From Octopus vulgaris (lineage: Eukaryota): a DNA stretch of 64,000 nt. The notes beneath the pieces are model-generated. The model did no database searches. It was not told the origin of the DNA and worked only from the letters and a program-made list of their open reading frames with translations. The stretch is from contig OX597832.1 of assembly GCA_951406725.2 (NCBI GenBank), positions 37,634,001-37,698,000 on the forward strand. The letters are read 5' to 3'. A program made the translations under genes and the position numbers. Positions within the stretch are counted from its first letter, which is position 1. Each line of letters starts with the position of its first letter. Shown here one piece after another: positions 52,890 through 64,000 of this stretch.

Positions 52890-54501
52890 ATTATATATGT
52901 ATGTACATGTATAAATTCCCGCGCATACATATGTACATAGACGCACACCAGCATGTTCTTTAGAGTAGTGGCTAAACTAAAGAACTAAGGGACACATATA
53001 GCTCGTTAATACATTCACCTATATGTACGGAGGCGTGCGCACGTGCATAATGCCGTCGGAAAGCTCAAATCAGCCATGTTTCTATTTTGAGATTTCTGTA
53101 GGTCTGATGATGTGGGTGGAGACAGTGGTAGTCCGGGAGAAACGAAATACGGCAGATGAGGGGTTGTTGGGTGTTGGTGGGTATGTCGGTGGTGTTGTTT
53201 AACCCTAGGTTAGATCTTATCGGTCTTGAAGATCAGATCTACCGTTAAAAGCATTCCGGTCGTGTTTAAGCCGACTTCTGAAGTTTTTGAAGCATAGTTT
53301 ACCTTGGACAATACTTTGCAGTGTGTTCCTTTTTAATAACGTGGTACTTTGTAATTTGAGCGAGATTTGGCTGCTGTTTCTTGTTCAATGACTGTGTAGA
53401 GACTGTTATGGTGATGGCGGTGGTGGTAGTGGTAGTGATGGTGAAGATGGTGTTCTAATGATCCAACAGGCCTATGGTCCAATACTTCCCTGCTGTGACC
53501 CTCACGCCTTTCTCTATGTGTTGAGATCTCAGCTCTACGTTATACAGTTTCGTTTCCAAAGTGGTATGGCTTATATCGAAGGAGTTTTAATTGCCATTTC
53601 TAACAGGTCCTGTGACCACAAAAGGGCTCCCTGGTTTGTTCGCTCTCGTTGTCATTTTTGTTTTTGTTGTAGATAGCAGTGAGGGCAAGCTGAGAATGAT
53701 GGCCTTTTATCTAAGTAAAACCAAACAACTATTACATTTTATATTTTTTCGTGGGTTAAAATATATTTGAGAAAATAATAAACACCAAAACTTCCTATAA
53801 AACTGCCTCGCCTGCAAATTATTTCAAATAATTCTCATTAATAGATTATCAATATGTATATGATGATGGTAACTAAGATAAGATTATGAAATTTTGGCTC
53901 GCACATTGTCCTGTTCATCTACTTACAACCCAGCAAGTAACAATGCGATGAAGCACATTGCAACATGTATGTACTGATAGGTAGATAGATAGATAGATAA
54001 AACAGACAAATAGATACATAGATAGGTAGACATGCATGCATAATACACACATACATACGTACATACTTACAGGCACACATACGACGTGCTCTACATATTT
54101 TTGTCTTTCACATTCTATCTCGAAGATTTAGGTCGAGCACGCGCAATAAGATTGAACCCGGCACACGTGGCTGCGAAGCGAACCTGTTTTCCACAGGTAT
54201 ACCTGCACATATACCTATCTAGCACTCGCTCTGTTTGTTCACCCGTCGCTGTCCCTGCCTACCTCTCTCTCTCTCTCTCTTTCTGTATACTTATATATAT
54301 ATCCATATATATATATATCTGTGTGCGTGTGTGTTCCGAATATATTCCGTAATGGATGGTGCGCAAGCACGCACACACACACACTGACACACACACTCAC
54401 TAACATACACTCATATTAGACATATTTTATATGTATGCATATATGTATACATAGGTCAATAAATTTATATATAAATGAATAAATCTACATATATGTATAT
54501 G

Positions 54502-54549
<48 letters not shown>

Positions 54550-54755
54550 TGTATAATGTATATAATATATATATATACACTCACACACATATGCATACGC
54601 ACACATACACACACACTACTCACACATACACACACACTACTCACACATCCATGTACACAAATACCGACATCCTCCCAAATGGGAAAATATTGCATGCAAT
54701 GTGATGTTGCAATGCGTTGGAGCTTTCACAAGAACTCAGAACCGAAGAGAACACC

Positions 54756-54788
<33 letters not shown>

Positions 54789-55709
54789 AATATGTTGTTA
54801 ATTGGTAAAAAAAAAAGAAAAAAAGAAAAAGAAAGAATCGCAGACTACCGTCAAGCTGTCGCCAGTGGCTATTCAGACGTTTCCTCATCAATTGTCAACA
54901 GATTACAGAGGCGTGAGACAAAGAATCATTATGGAACCAACGGTGGTCAACGGAAATTATTACACTATTACACTGAAGAGCAAACATTATGAATCGCTGA
55001 AACCCCCGCCATATTCACAACTGCGGCTGCTTCTTTTCTATATCCCACTTCTACACGGTCTACCGGTAATGCTGGTCCTGTACCGACCATATCACCATCG
55101 TTGGCATCGCCACCACCACCACCACCAGCAACAACAACAATAACAACAGCAAAATAATCACTATGTCTGACTGACGATACATCGTTCTAGCGATTTCGGG
55201 AAAAATACAAATAAGAGCAAAGCAAAGCAAAAAAAAAAAATAAATAAATTGATCTTTCCGCCATCTTCCACATATTTTGGTGCAGAAAGCGTAAAATCTA
55301 AAAAAAAATTTGCAACTTTCGGAAAAGCATGAGTTGTCCTGTATAAGATGCAATGTTGTTGTTGTTGTTATGGTGGTGGTGGTGGTGGTGGGGTTGTTGT
55401 TGTTGCGCTGTTTTCGCCGACGTTGTTGTTGTTGGTTGTTGTGTTTGGTTTAGTTTCGTTCTGGTGGTGGTGGTGGTGGTGTTTGTTTCGGTGGTGGGGA
55501 TTGTTGCTCACTCCTGAACGTCTCATAATCTCGTGTGTGTGTGTGTGTGTGTGTTTCTATGTACGTTCTAGTGAGAATTCGAGTGTGTGTATATGTACAT
55601 GTATTAATACATACATATATAGATATATATACACACATACATACATACATACATACATACATACATACATACATACATACATACATACATACATACATAC
55701 ATGCATGCA

Positions 55710-55744
<35 letters not shown>

Positions 55745-55911
55745 ATATATATGCATATGTGTATGCTTATACTTATATATATGCGAATTTTTTCTGCTGT
55801 AGTTGCAGCTCATAGCTGCGGCTATGCAGATGCACCGCCGTATGTGTATGTATATGTATATATATATATATATATATATGTATATGTATATGCATATGTA
55901 TATTGTATATG

Positions 55912-55967
<56 letters not shown>

Positions 55968-56157
55968 GCATACACGTATATATATATATATATATATATG
56001 AGAGAGGCATGCACGTATATATAATATATATACATATACGTATGCATGCATACATTCCTATCTACCTACAAACATAGAAACACACACATACACACACACA
56101 CACACACAAATATGTGGATTGATTGATAAATAAAAGACAGGCAGACAGATGAATGGC

Positions 56158-56237
<80 letters not shown>

Positions 56238-56640
56238 AAACCCGATATCCTAACGAACAGCTAAAGAGACAGGTAGTTAAACATTTGGACTGTTTGAAAG
56301 ATAAAATGAAATAATAAAAGTTTAATAGAAAAGAATCTTCGAGAAGAAGAAAAGTAAATAAATAGCAAAATTTTGAAATTCTGTAAGAAAGAAAAAAACA
56401 AATGGATATATAGAAAGTAAATGATATATTTAGTAGAGCAGCCAGGGAAAGTGATAGAGGAAAAAAAAAATCACATCCTTACTGGTATCGATAAATGAAA
56501 ATCAATAGCCCGATGGTCTGATTCCAAATCAATTTTATTTCTTTAATTTGTAGCAAGTTTTTTTTTTTTTTACTTTTGTTTTATTTTTTGTGTATTTGTT
56601 GTAAGTAGATTCTGTTTTCCATTGACTTTTTTCAGTTATC

Positions 56641-56686
<46 letters not shown>

Positions 56687-57099
56687 TTCAACCCCTCTTC
56701 TCTCTCTGACCTCTCTCTTTCTCTCTCTTTCTCTCTTGTTTATTCTTGTTCCAGTTTTTATTTAGCTAATCTCAACTCATCATACAGACGAGTCATCGAG
56801 GGAATCGTTAAACGGTTTCTCAATTTTCAAGAAATAACAGCCTAATCTGTCTTTGAAATAGCAACTTACTGTCTGAGAAAAAAGGTAGGAAGTATTAGAT
56901 ACAACAGTCGTAGATACTCGTAAAAAGAAAAAAGGTAAAATGGTGATGGCAGAAGGATTTTGGATCTTGGGTCATCTTGATCAGACTTCACCAGGGTCTA
57001 AACACAAACAATAACAACAAAAACTGCAACACACAGACAGACTGACAGCACTACAGGCTGACAGACTGATAAACATGTGAGCAGTTAGATACTGTAAGT

Positions 57100-57396
57100 G
57101 AGGGGTCGGCGAACCGGGGTAAATTACCCCAAGTGGGATAAATGAAATTCTTGCGGGTAATGAGGGCTCATTAGACATAAGCAATATTATATACAAAACG
57201 TGTTCCTTCTTAGGGATGAAATTTTTCTTCTGGCAATACTTTTTATGTTTATGATTGTAATCTTCATATAAATAGATCCAATAAACCTTTTGAATTCAAA
57301 GAATCTATGATTTTCTCCCTTTCAAATCAAAGGGGTAACGTCAGCGTAAATAAATATATTTTGAGGCGATTATTTAAAAACGTTCTCCGACCCCTG
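57100..57396. mobile_element. hAT-type MITE
   Basis: TIRs GAGGGGTCGGCGAAC and (reverse complement) CAGGGGTCGGAGAAC match 13/15. The flanking 8-mers CTGTAAGT and ATGCAAGT match 6/8, consistent with a decayed 8-bp TSD. Confidence 0.8.
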
Positions 57397-57459
57397 ATGC
57401 AAGTAGACAACCCAATTACTAAAGAGACAGTAGTGAGATGGTCAGTGTACAACATATCT

Positions 57460-57664
57460 TTTATCTTCTATCTTTCACTTGTTTCAGCCATTGGACTGTG
57501 GCCATGCTGGGGCACTGTCTTGGAAGAGTTTTTAGTCGCACGAATCGATCCAGTACTTTATTTTTTAAAGACTGGTGCTTATTCTAGCGGTCTCTTTTGC
57601 CGGTTGTCAAGCAGTGGTGGATGAGAAAAACTAACACACACACACACACGCACGCACACACACG

Positions 57665-57703
<39 letters not shown>

Positions 57704-57886
57704 GCGCGTGCACTCACACACACACACACAACGGGCTTTTTTCAGCTTCCGTCAACCAAATCCATTCACAAGGCTTTAGTAGTTCCAAGGCTATAGTAGA
57801 AGACACTTGCCCAAGGTGCCATGTAGTGAAACGGAACCCGGAACCATCTGGTTGAGAAGCAAACTTCTTACCACTCAACCACACCT
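57460..57886 (-). mobile_element. SINE family B
   Basis: Reverse complement of the family-B head and tail with an internal (CA)n. Confidence 0.85.
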
Positions 57887-58359
57887 AACGGTTAACATAA
57901 CACAAATGTCTCTTCTGAGATAGTTTAATGAAATTACAATCAATGGACTTCTATTTAACACCAATATCCGACAACAGATAACGAGCAGGCCAAAATAAAT
58001 TAAAACCCACTTGATTCTTCTATTAACATTGTTTTCGACCAACACTCAAGCAACATTCAGTTCGTCGTTTACCTGTTAATTAAAATTTTAACGCCAAAGT
58101 CCGGAAATGGATCACCAACTGACCAAATTACTCAAGACATATATAGCTTTCCTTGGTCAGCAGAAATCACCACTCTTATGTAAACGAACCGCTGATAAAG
58201 GGGCATTTTCTCATATTTATGGCTTATAAAAAATGGGAAATGGAATGGAGCAGCCGTGGTCCCTTTGTGCAAGGTCTCTTAATCTAGTGAGAGGAAGAAA
58301 GAGAAGTTATCCCAAGATCGACCACCTGACTTGAATGTTTGTAATATTCAATCCTGTTT

Positions 58360-58576
58360 AAGGCGCCGAGCTGGTAGAAACGTTAGCACGCCGGGCGAAA
58401 TGCTTAGCGGTATTTCGTCTGTCCTTACGTTCTGAATCCAAATTCCGCCAAGATCGACTTTGCTTTTCATCCTTTCGGGGTCGATAAATTAAGTACCAGT
58501 TGCGTACTGCGGTCGATCTAATCAATAGGCCCCCTCGCCCAGAACTTCGAGCCTTGTGCCTAGAGTAGAAAAGAAT
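58360..58576 (+). mobile_element. SINE family A, well-preserved copy
   Basis: AAGGCGCCGAGCTGGTAGAAACGTTAGCACGCCGGGCG...TTTCATCCTTTCGGGGTCGATAAATTAAGTACCAG...GCCTTGTGCCTAGAGTAGAAAAGAAT. Confidence 0.9.
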
Positions 58577-58703
58577 ATACATGGCTACCGAATAATTGTC
58601 ACATATTACATTTACAGATAAATTCCTCTATTTGCATAATATTGAGGTCTTTTTCATTGTTTATTTTTTTGTCTTACCATTTCTATCAATATATATATAT
58701 ATA

Positions 58704-58744
<41 letters not shown>

Positions 58745-58745
<1 letters not shown>

Positions 58746-58910
58746 ACGAGCTTCTTTCAGTTTCCGTCTATCAAATCCACTCACGAGGCTTTGGTTGGCC
58801 CGAGGCTATAAGGCTATAATAGAAGACACTTGTTTAAGGTGCAATGTGATGGGACTGAACCCGGTACCATGTGGTTTGCGAAGCAAGCTTCTTACCGCAC
58901 AGCCACGCCA
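58745..58910 (-). mobile_element. SINE family B, 5' half
   Basis: Reverse complement of the family-B head up to the internal microsatellite. Confidence 0.8.
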
Positions 58911-59598
58911 AGACCTATAGCTACGCCTGCGCCGCAGTTTCGACACTCGTTTTTACTGATCGTGATGTATATTTTACACATATTACCTCTGACCTTTTAA
59001 CTTATGTACGCTAAAAGAAAAAAATTATAAATTGTACATGCTACTACTAGGCTATTGCTAAACACCAATGTCCAGCAAGAAATAAACAACTGACCACAAC
59101 ATTAGTGACACTTGAAACAATGAAACATTACCCACTTCCACTATCCAAACATAACTCCGCTTTCTGACAAGTATAAACTTCCCCGAGCTCCGTGTTCGGA
59201 TTACATTGAATTGCTTACTTCTGCTGTCCAGCGTTGACACCTCCGTCCACTTCTTTCACACCCAACTGACCAAGAGGAATGATTAAAATGGTGTTAGGTT
59301 TTATTTTTGCCTGATTAAAATGTTAAACTGCCGTAAAAGTGACACAAGAATGTGAGGTTGTTGACACTTGTGACAGTAGGTGGTGGTGGTGGTGGTGGTG
59401 GTGATGGTGGTGGTGGTGGTGATGGTGGTGGTGGTGGTGGTGATAGTGGTGGCGGTCATGATTTTATCGCTAGTAAGGAAAGTATGTGACTCGGAGTGAG
59501 ATGTCGGTGATGTCGGCGAAATAAGATCTGATGGCACACCAGCAGTACGTCGCCGTTGTCATAGTAGTAGTAGTAGTAATAGTAGTAGTAGTAGTAGT

Positions 59599-59630
<32 letters not shown>

Positions 59631-59637
59631 TAGTAGT

Positions 59638-59689
<52 letters not shown>

Positions 59690-59804
59690 CTGGTGATGGT
59701 GGTGGTTGAGAGATTGTGTGATGGCAGTAGTGCTAGTGAAGGCGGCGGGGGTTGAAACGGGTTAGTGTAGATGGTGGGGTTGAGGCGTAGTGGTAGGATA
59801 GTCT

Positions 59805-59905
59805 CGAAAGGATGAAAGGCAAAGTCAGCCTCGTTGGAATTTGAACTCAGAACATGGAGACGGATGGAATGCCCGGTGCTGTAACGATTCTGCCTGTTCG
59901 CCCCT
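59805..59905 (-). mobile_element. SINE family A fragment
   Basis: CGAAAGGATGAAAGGCAAAGTC...GGAATTTGAACTCAGAAC. Confidence 0.75.
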
Positions 59906-60229
59906 CCCCCAGTAGGTATTGCTGCGGCTGTGGTAAAATAATGTAGGCATTCTGATAAATATCAGTGATACCTGTGCGCGCAGATACAATGTGAACTGAG
60001 TCTGGATGAGATCCCAGCATAGGATTAAAACCAGTTCAGCTGATATTTCTTTCTTTGTCCATAAAGATACTCCATATAAAAGACAACACACACAGTGATG
60101 ATTAACGCTGTACATATATTCTGTAGCTCAATATAGCACTGGAATGTGGCACTGCTAACACTCCGGTAACCTGCGTATATGTATGTATGTATGTATGTAT
60201 TTATGTATGTATGTATGTATGTACGTATG

Positions 60230-60310
<81 letters not shown>

Positions 60311-60622
60311 CATTCGTAAAAAGGTATGTTGCCGTCATGGAGATTCTCATAGTAGTAGACAAGGAATTTTTAACTCCTTTTTCTAATTTCGGTATGTGGT
60401 GAGGCAATTAGCTGAACCCTAATTATAATTATGCTTATAATTATAAAATATTTGCATAATTTTACCTATAAATGTTATTTTAATGCGCCGATCTACTTGG
60501 TGAAATTATTAATTGATTGATTGGTTGATTAATTAATTAATTTAACTGATAAATTTTTACCCATTTATTATTAATATATATATATATATATATTACACAC
60601 ACACACACACACATATATACAG

Positions 60623-60656
<34 letters not shown>

Positions 60657-60977
60657 GCATATATATGTGTATATGTGTATATAGGTCTGGTTGTGTGTTG
60701 CGTTCTTGAGCAAGACACTATTTCATGTTGCTCCGGTTCACTCATCTGTGGAAATGAGTTGTGACGTCACAGGTGCCAAGCTGCATCGGTCTTTACCTTT
60801 CCCTTGGATAACAACGATGGTGTGAGACGGGAGGCTGGAATGCATGGGCAACGGCTGGTCTTCCATAAACAATCTTGCCCGGACTTGTGCCTTGGAAGGG
60901 GACTTTCTAGGTAGAATCCCACGGTCATTCATGACTGAAGGGGGTCTTTACCCTTTACATATTCATATGCGTATATA

Positions 60978-61088
<111 letters not shown>

Positions 61089-61616
61089 GGTCCCGGGTTG
61101 AGTCGGGGTTAACCACAGTAAATAAGGTACTCTTATGTGGTACTCTTATAAGATACTCTTATATCTTATGTGTGACCGTGCGTTGCATCGCGCGTGTGTA
61201 TAATTTTGTTACAAATTGCCCGTTACTGAAAATGCGAGGTTTGGGATTCATTTTCCCCATACTCCTCCTGACTGTCATTCTAAATACATCATCAGTGAAT
61301 TCTTTGTCTTTTTTTGTTGTTTTTTCCCCTGATTTATATTGAGTCATCACACAGAAAAGTTAAAGGAAGCTTCAAAACTTTTTTGTTAGTCTCTCTCTCT
61401 CTCTCTGTCACTCTCTGTCTCTCTCTCTCTCTATCGGAATACGAAGCAAATTGGCCAGTTGAAAGGTGGCAGCATTTCAATCGTATACAATCAATGAAAA
61501 AGAAATTCCTAGCAGATAGAAAAAGTGGAAGAGCGAACGAAGAGTTAAAAACTACTAAGAATACTAAGCGACTATGAAGGAACCAGGTGATAGGACATAC
61601 ATAAACAGCTATTCAT

Positions 61617-61656
<40 letters not shown>

Positions 61657-61657
61657 T

Positions 61658-61699
<42 letters not shown>

Positions 61700-62275
61700 T
61701 ATATATACACATACACAAATTCATATATACATACATGTATTCACATATGCATACATATATATATAGTAGTAGATAAATATATTTGTATATATACAGACAC
61801 ACTCACTTCACACATATGTATATAAATACGTACTTGTATGTGTGTGTATGCATCGATTTATTTTAATTGATTCTTTAAAGTCATTAGACGAATCTATACA
61901 GACACACACACACACAGAAACAGAAACACGCGTGCGCGAGCAAGGTAGGGTAGCGAGGGGATGAGGTGAAACCAAAAAGGAACGATTGGCTCAATTCTCA
62001 CGAATTTCTCACCAGAAATCAGTCTGGTGACAGCAGCATTAATTGGAATGTTGAAATACGCACACACATTCGTGCCCACATTAACGTATTAACATACATT
62101 CACGAATATACACATACACACACACTCTCACTCGCTTAAGCTTATACACACAAAAGCACACTCACACATGCAAATTTGATGTTAAAACCGCTAATGAAGC
62201 TTAATATACGTGTAAATTCACTCTTTCAGTTGCCCTTTTTCTCGCACAAACATCCATACATACATGTATATATAT

Positions 62276-62350
<75 letters not shown>

Positions 62351-62927
62351 TTAAGGGTAGAAATCAATATTTATCAATTAAAACCAGTGGTCTAGCATAT
62401 TAAAAAGAATCCGAAGATTAAAATATTTATATATACCAATTGAGGACTGAACACGAAAAGTGGACAGTCAACATGCTAGATATAGACGTCAAATCGTCAT
62501 TCTCCACAAAAGATTATATATATATATATATATATATAAATGTATTTCTATTCCTGAGCGTTATACTAATACATCTGTTTGTTTTGTACACCACCTGTCT
62601 TCGTTTTCGTAAACTTTCCCTATATATATATATATATATACATACGTGTGTACACACACACACACACACATCGGCACGCATACAAGAGCATAAGAAGAAC
62701 GCTGGTGATCGATTTCTCAAGATGTAGGTTAGTCGGTACAAATCTTTCGCTCAGTAAATTGTAGTCTGCTTATTTGGGCTCCGTTTCTCATCGATTCCTC
62801 CATACATTGTGCACCCTTCGCCAAGTGTTGCTTCTCGATCCAGAAAGGTATCTTTCTTACATACTCTTCATCTGTGTATGTATGCATGTATGTATATATG
62901 TGTGTGCGTGCGTACGTAATATATATA

Positions 62928-63085
62928 TAAAGTTTACGAAAATAAACAAAAGACGAAGGCAGGTGGTATACAAACAAACAGATGTATTAGTATTGCGCTC
63001 AGTAATAGAAAAAGTATTTTACGTTTCGAGCCTACGCTCTTCCACAGAAAGATACACAGAAAAAAACAAGGAGAGAAACAAGATA
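62928..63085 (-). mobile_element. Short repeat related to family C (family D), carrying a hammerhead motif with A6>U; partial inverted copy at 62544-62618
   Basis: Minus strand reads TTT-CTGTGGA-A-GAGC-GTAG-GCTC-GAAA-CG-TA-AAA (63050-63017). The downstream CTGAGCG..ATACTAATACATCTGTTTG is shared with 62544-62618 on the plus strand. Confidence 0.7.
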
Positions 63086-63124
63086 TATATATATATATAT
63101 ATACATGTCTATGTGTGTTTGTGC

Positions 63125-63185
<61 letters not shown>

Positions 63186-63237
63186 CCTACCTATCTATCT
63201 ATCGACCTACCTATCTAACTGTCTGTCTGTCTGTCTA

Positions 63238-63276
<39 letters not shown>

Positions 63277-63277
63277 G

Positions 63278-63329
<52 letters not shown>

Positions 63330-63960
63330 CCCACCTACATACCTACCTACCTATCTGCACTCAGCTTGTTTGGGGATATGATTCAACAAATGAATTTATG
63401 AGCGAGCTTAAAATGTTTTCAGACAGTGATCAAGTGTAAATTAATTCGCTCTATGAAAATATTGTATAGTGGTGCTGTTGACAGTGGATCTCCGTCGTTT
63501 ACGACGTGGCTTCATTTGTTCGGACTACTGAATTACCTCCTCCTGAATTAACGTGTGAATAGCTGAATTTACCAGTATCACCCAGATACACCGTGTTTGA
63601 CAAGCAGTGTTCTTTATATTTTAGTTACAATGCACCCGAAAAGTTTCAATGTAGTTTTCATATAATTTCGCCCACAAGGTATGGGCGGACCTGTGACGAG
63701 ACGAAATGGCATCCACTCAAGATGCCACACTGTAGGATCGAACACGGGTCCTCCGTATTGAGAAGCAAACTTCTTTAATATTCGGCCATACTGTGCATCG
63801 TTTAGAGACTCTACCTATACATAAATATACGCATAAATATACACTGACACGCAACCACACACATAGTACATACACACATACAAAATACGCACACACACTT
63901 AGTGGCGGTGGTGGTGGTATTAGTAGTAGTAGTAGTAGTAGTAGTAAAAGATAAAGAAGA

Positions 63961-64000
<40 letters not shown>

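Overview
This is eukaryotic, AT-rich DNA saturated with microsatellites. Its SINE families and repeat landscape resemble Octopus (coleoid cephalopod) genomic DNA; that assignment is pattern recognition, not a database hit. No intact protein-coding gene is visible, and almost the whole ORF track is an artefact of simple repeats. The recognisable coding sequence is all decayed transposon: R4/Dong-type RLE LINEs, an L1/Tx1-type LINE and a mariner N-terminus. Non-coding mobile elements include two tRNA-derived SINE families, three non-autonomous Helitrons, and hAT and Tc1/mariner MITEs. The most interesting signal is a dispersed set of minimal type-I hammerhead ribozyme motifs from several unrelated short repeats, probably Penelope-like terminal repeats or retrozyme-like elements. 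Two have intact cores (4848-4882 and 6407-6496, minus strand), the second with a long helix II hairpin. Other leads are a pre-miRNA-like hairpin (10319-10379), a dimeric SINE whose internal tail matches the 3' end of the Tx1-like LINE in this window, and several minus-strand exon candidates suggesting the window lies inside a large gene. None of the folds, alignments or splice calls were computed; all were read by eye, and repeat boundaries are approximate.
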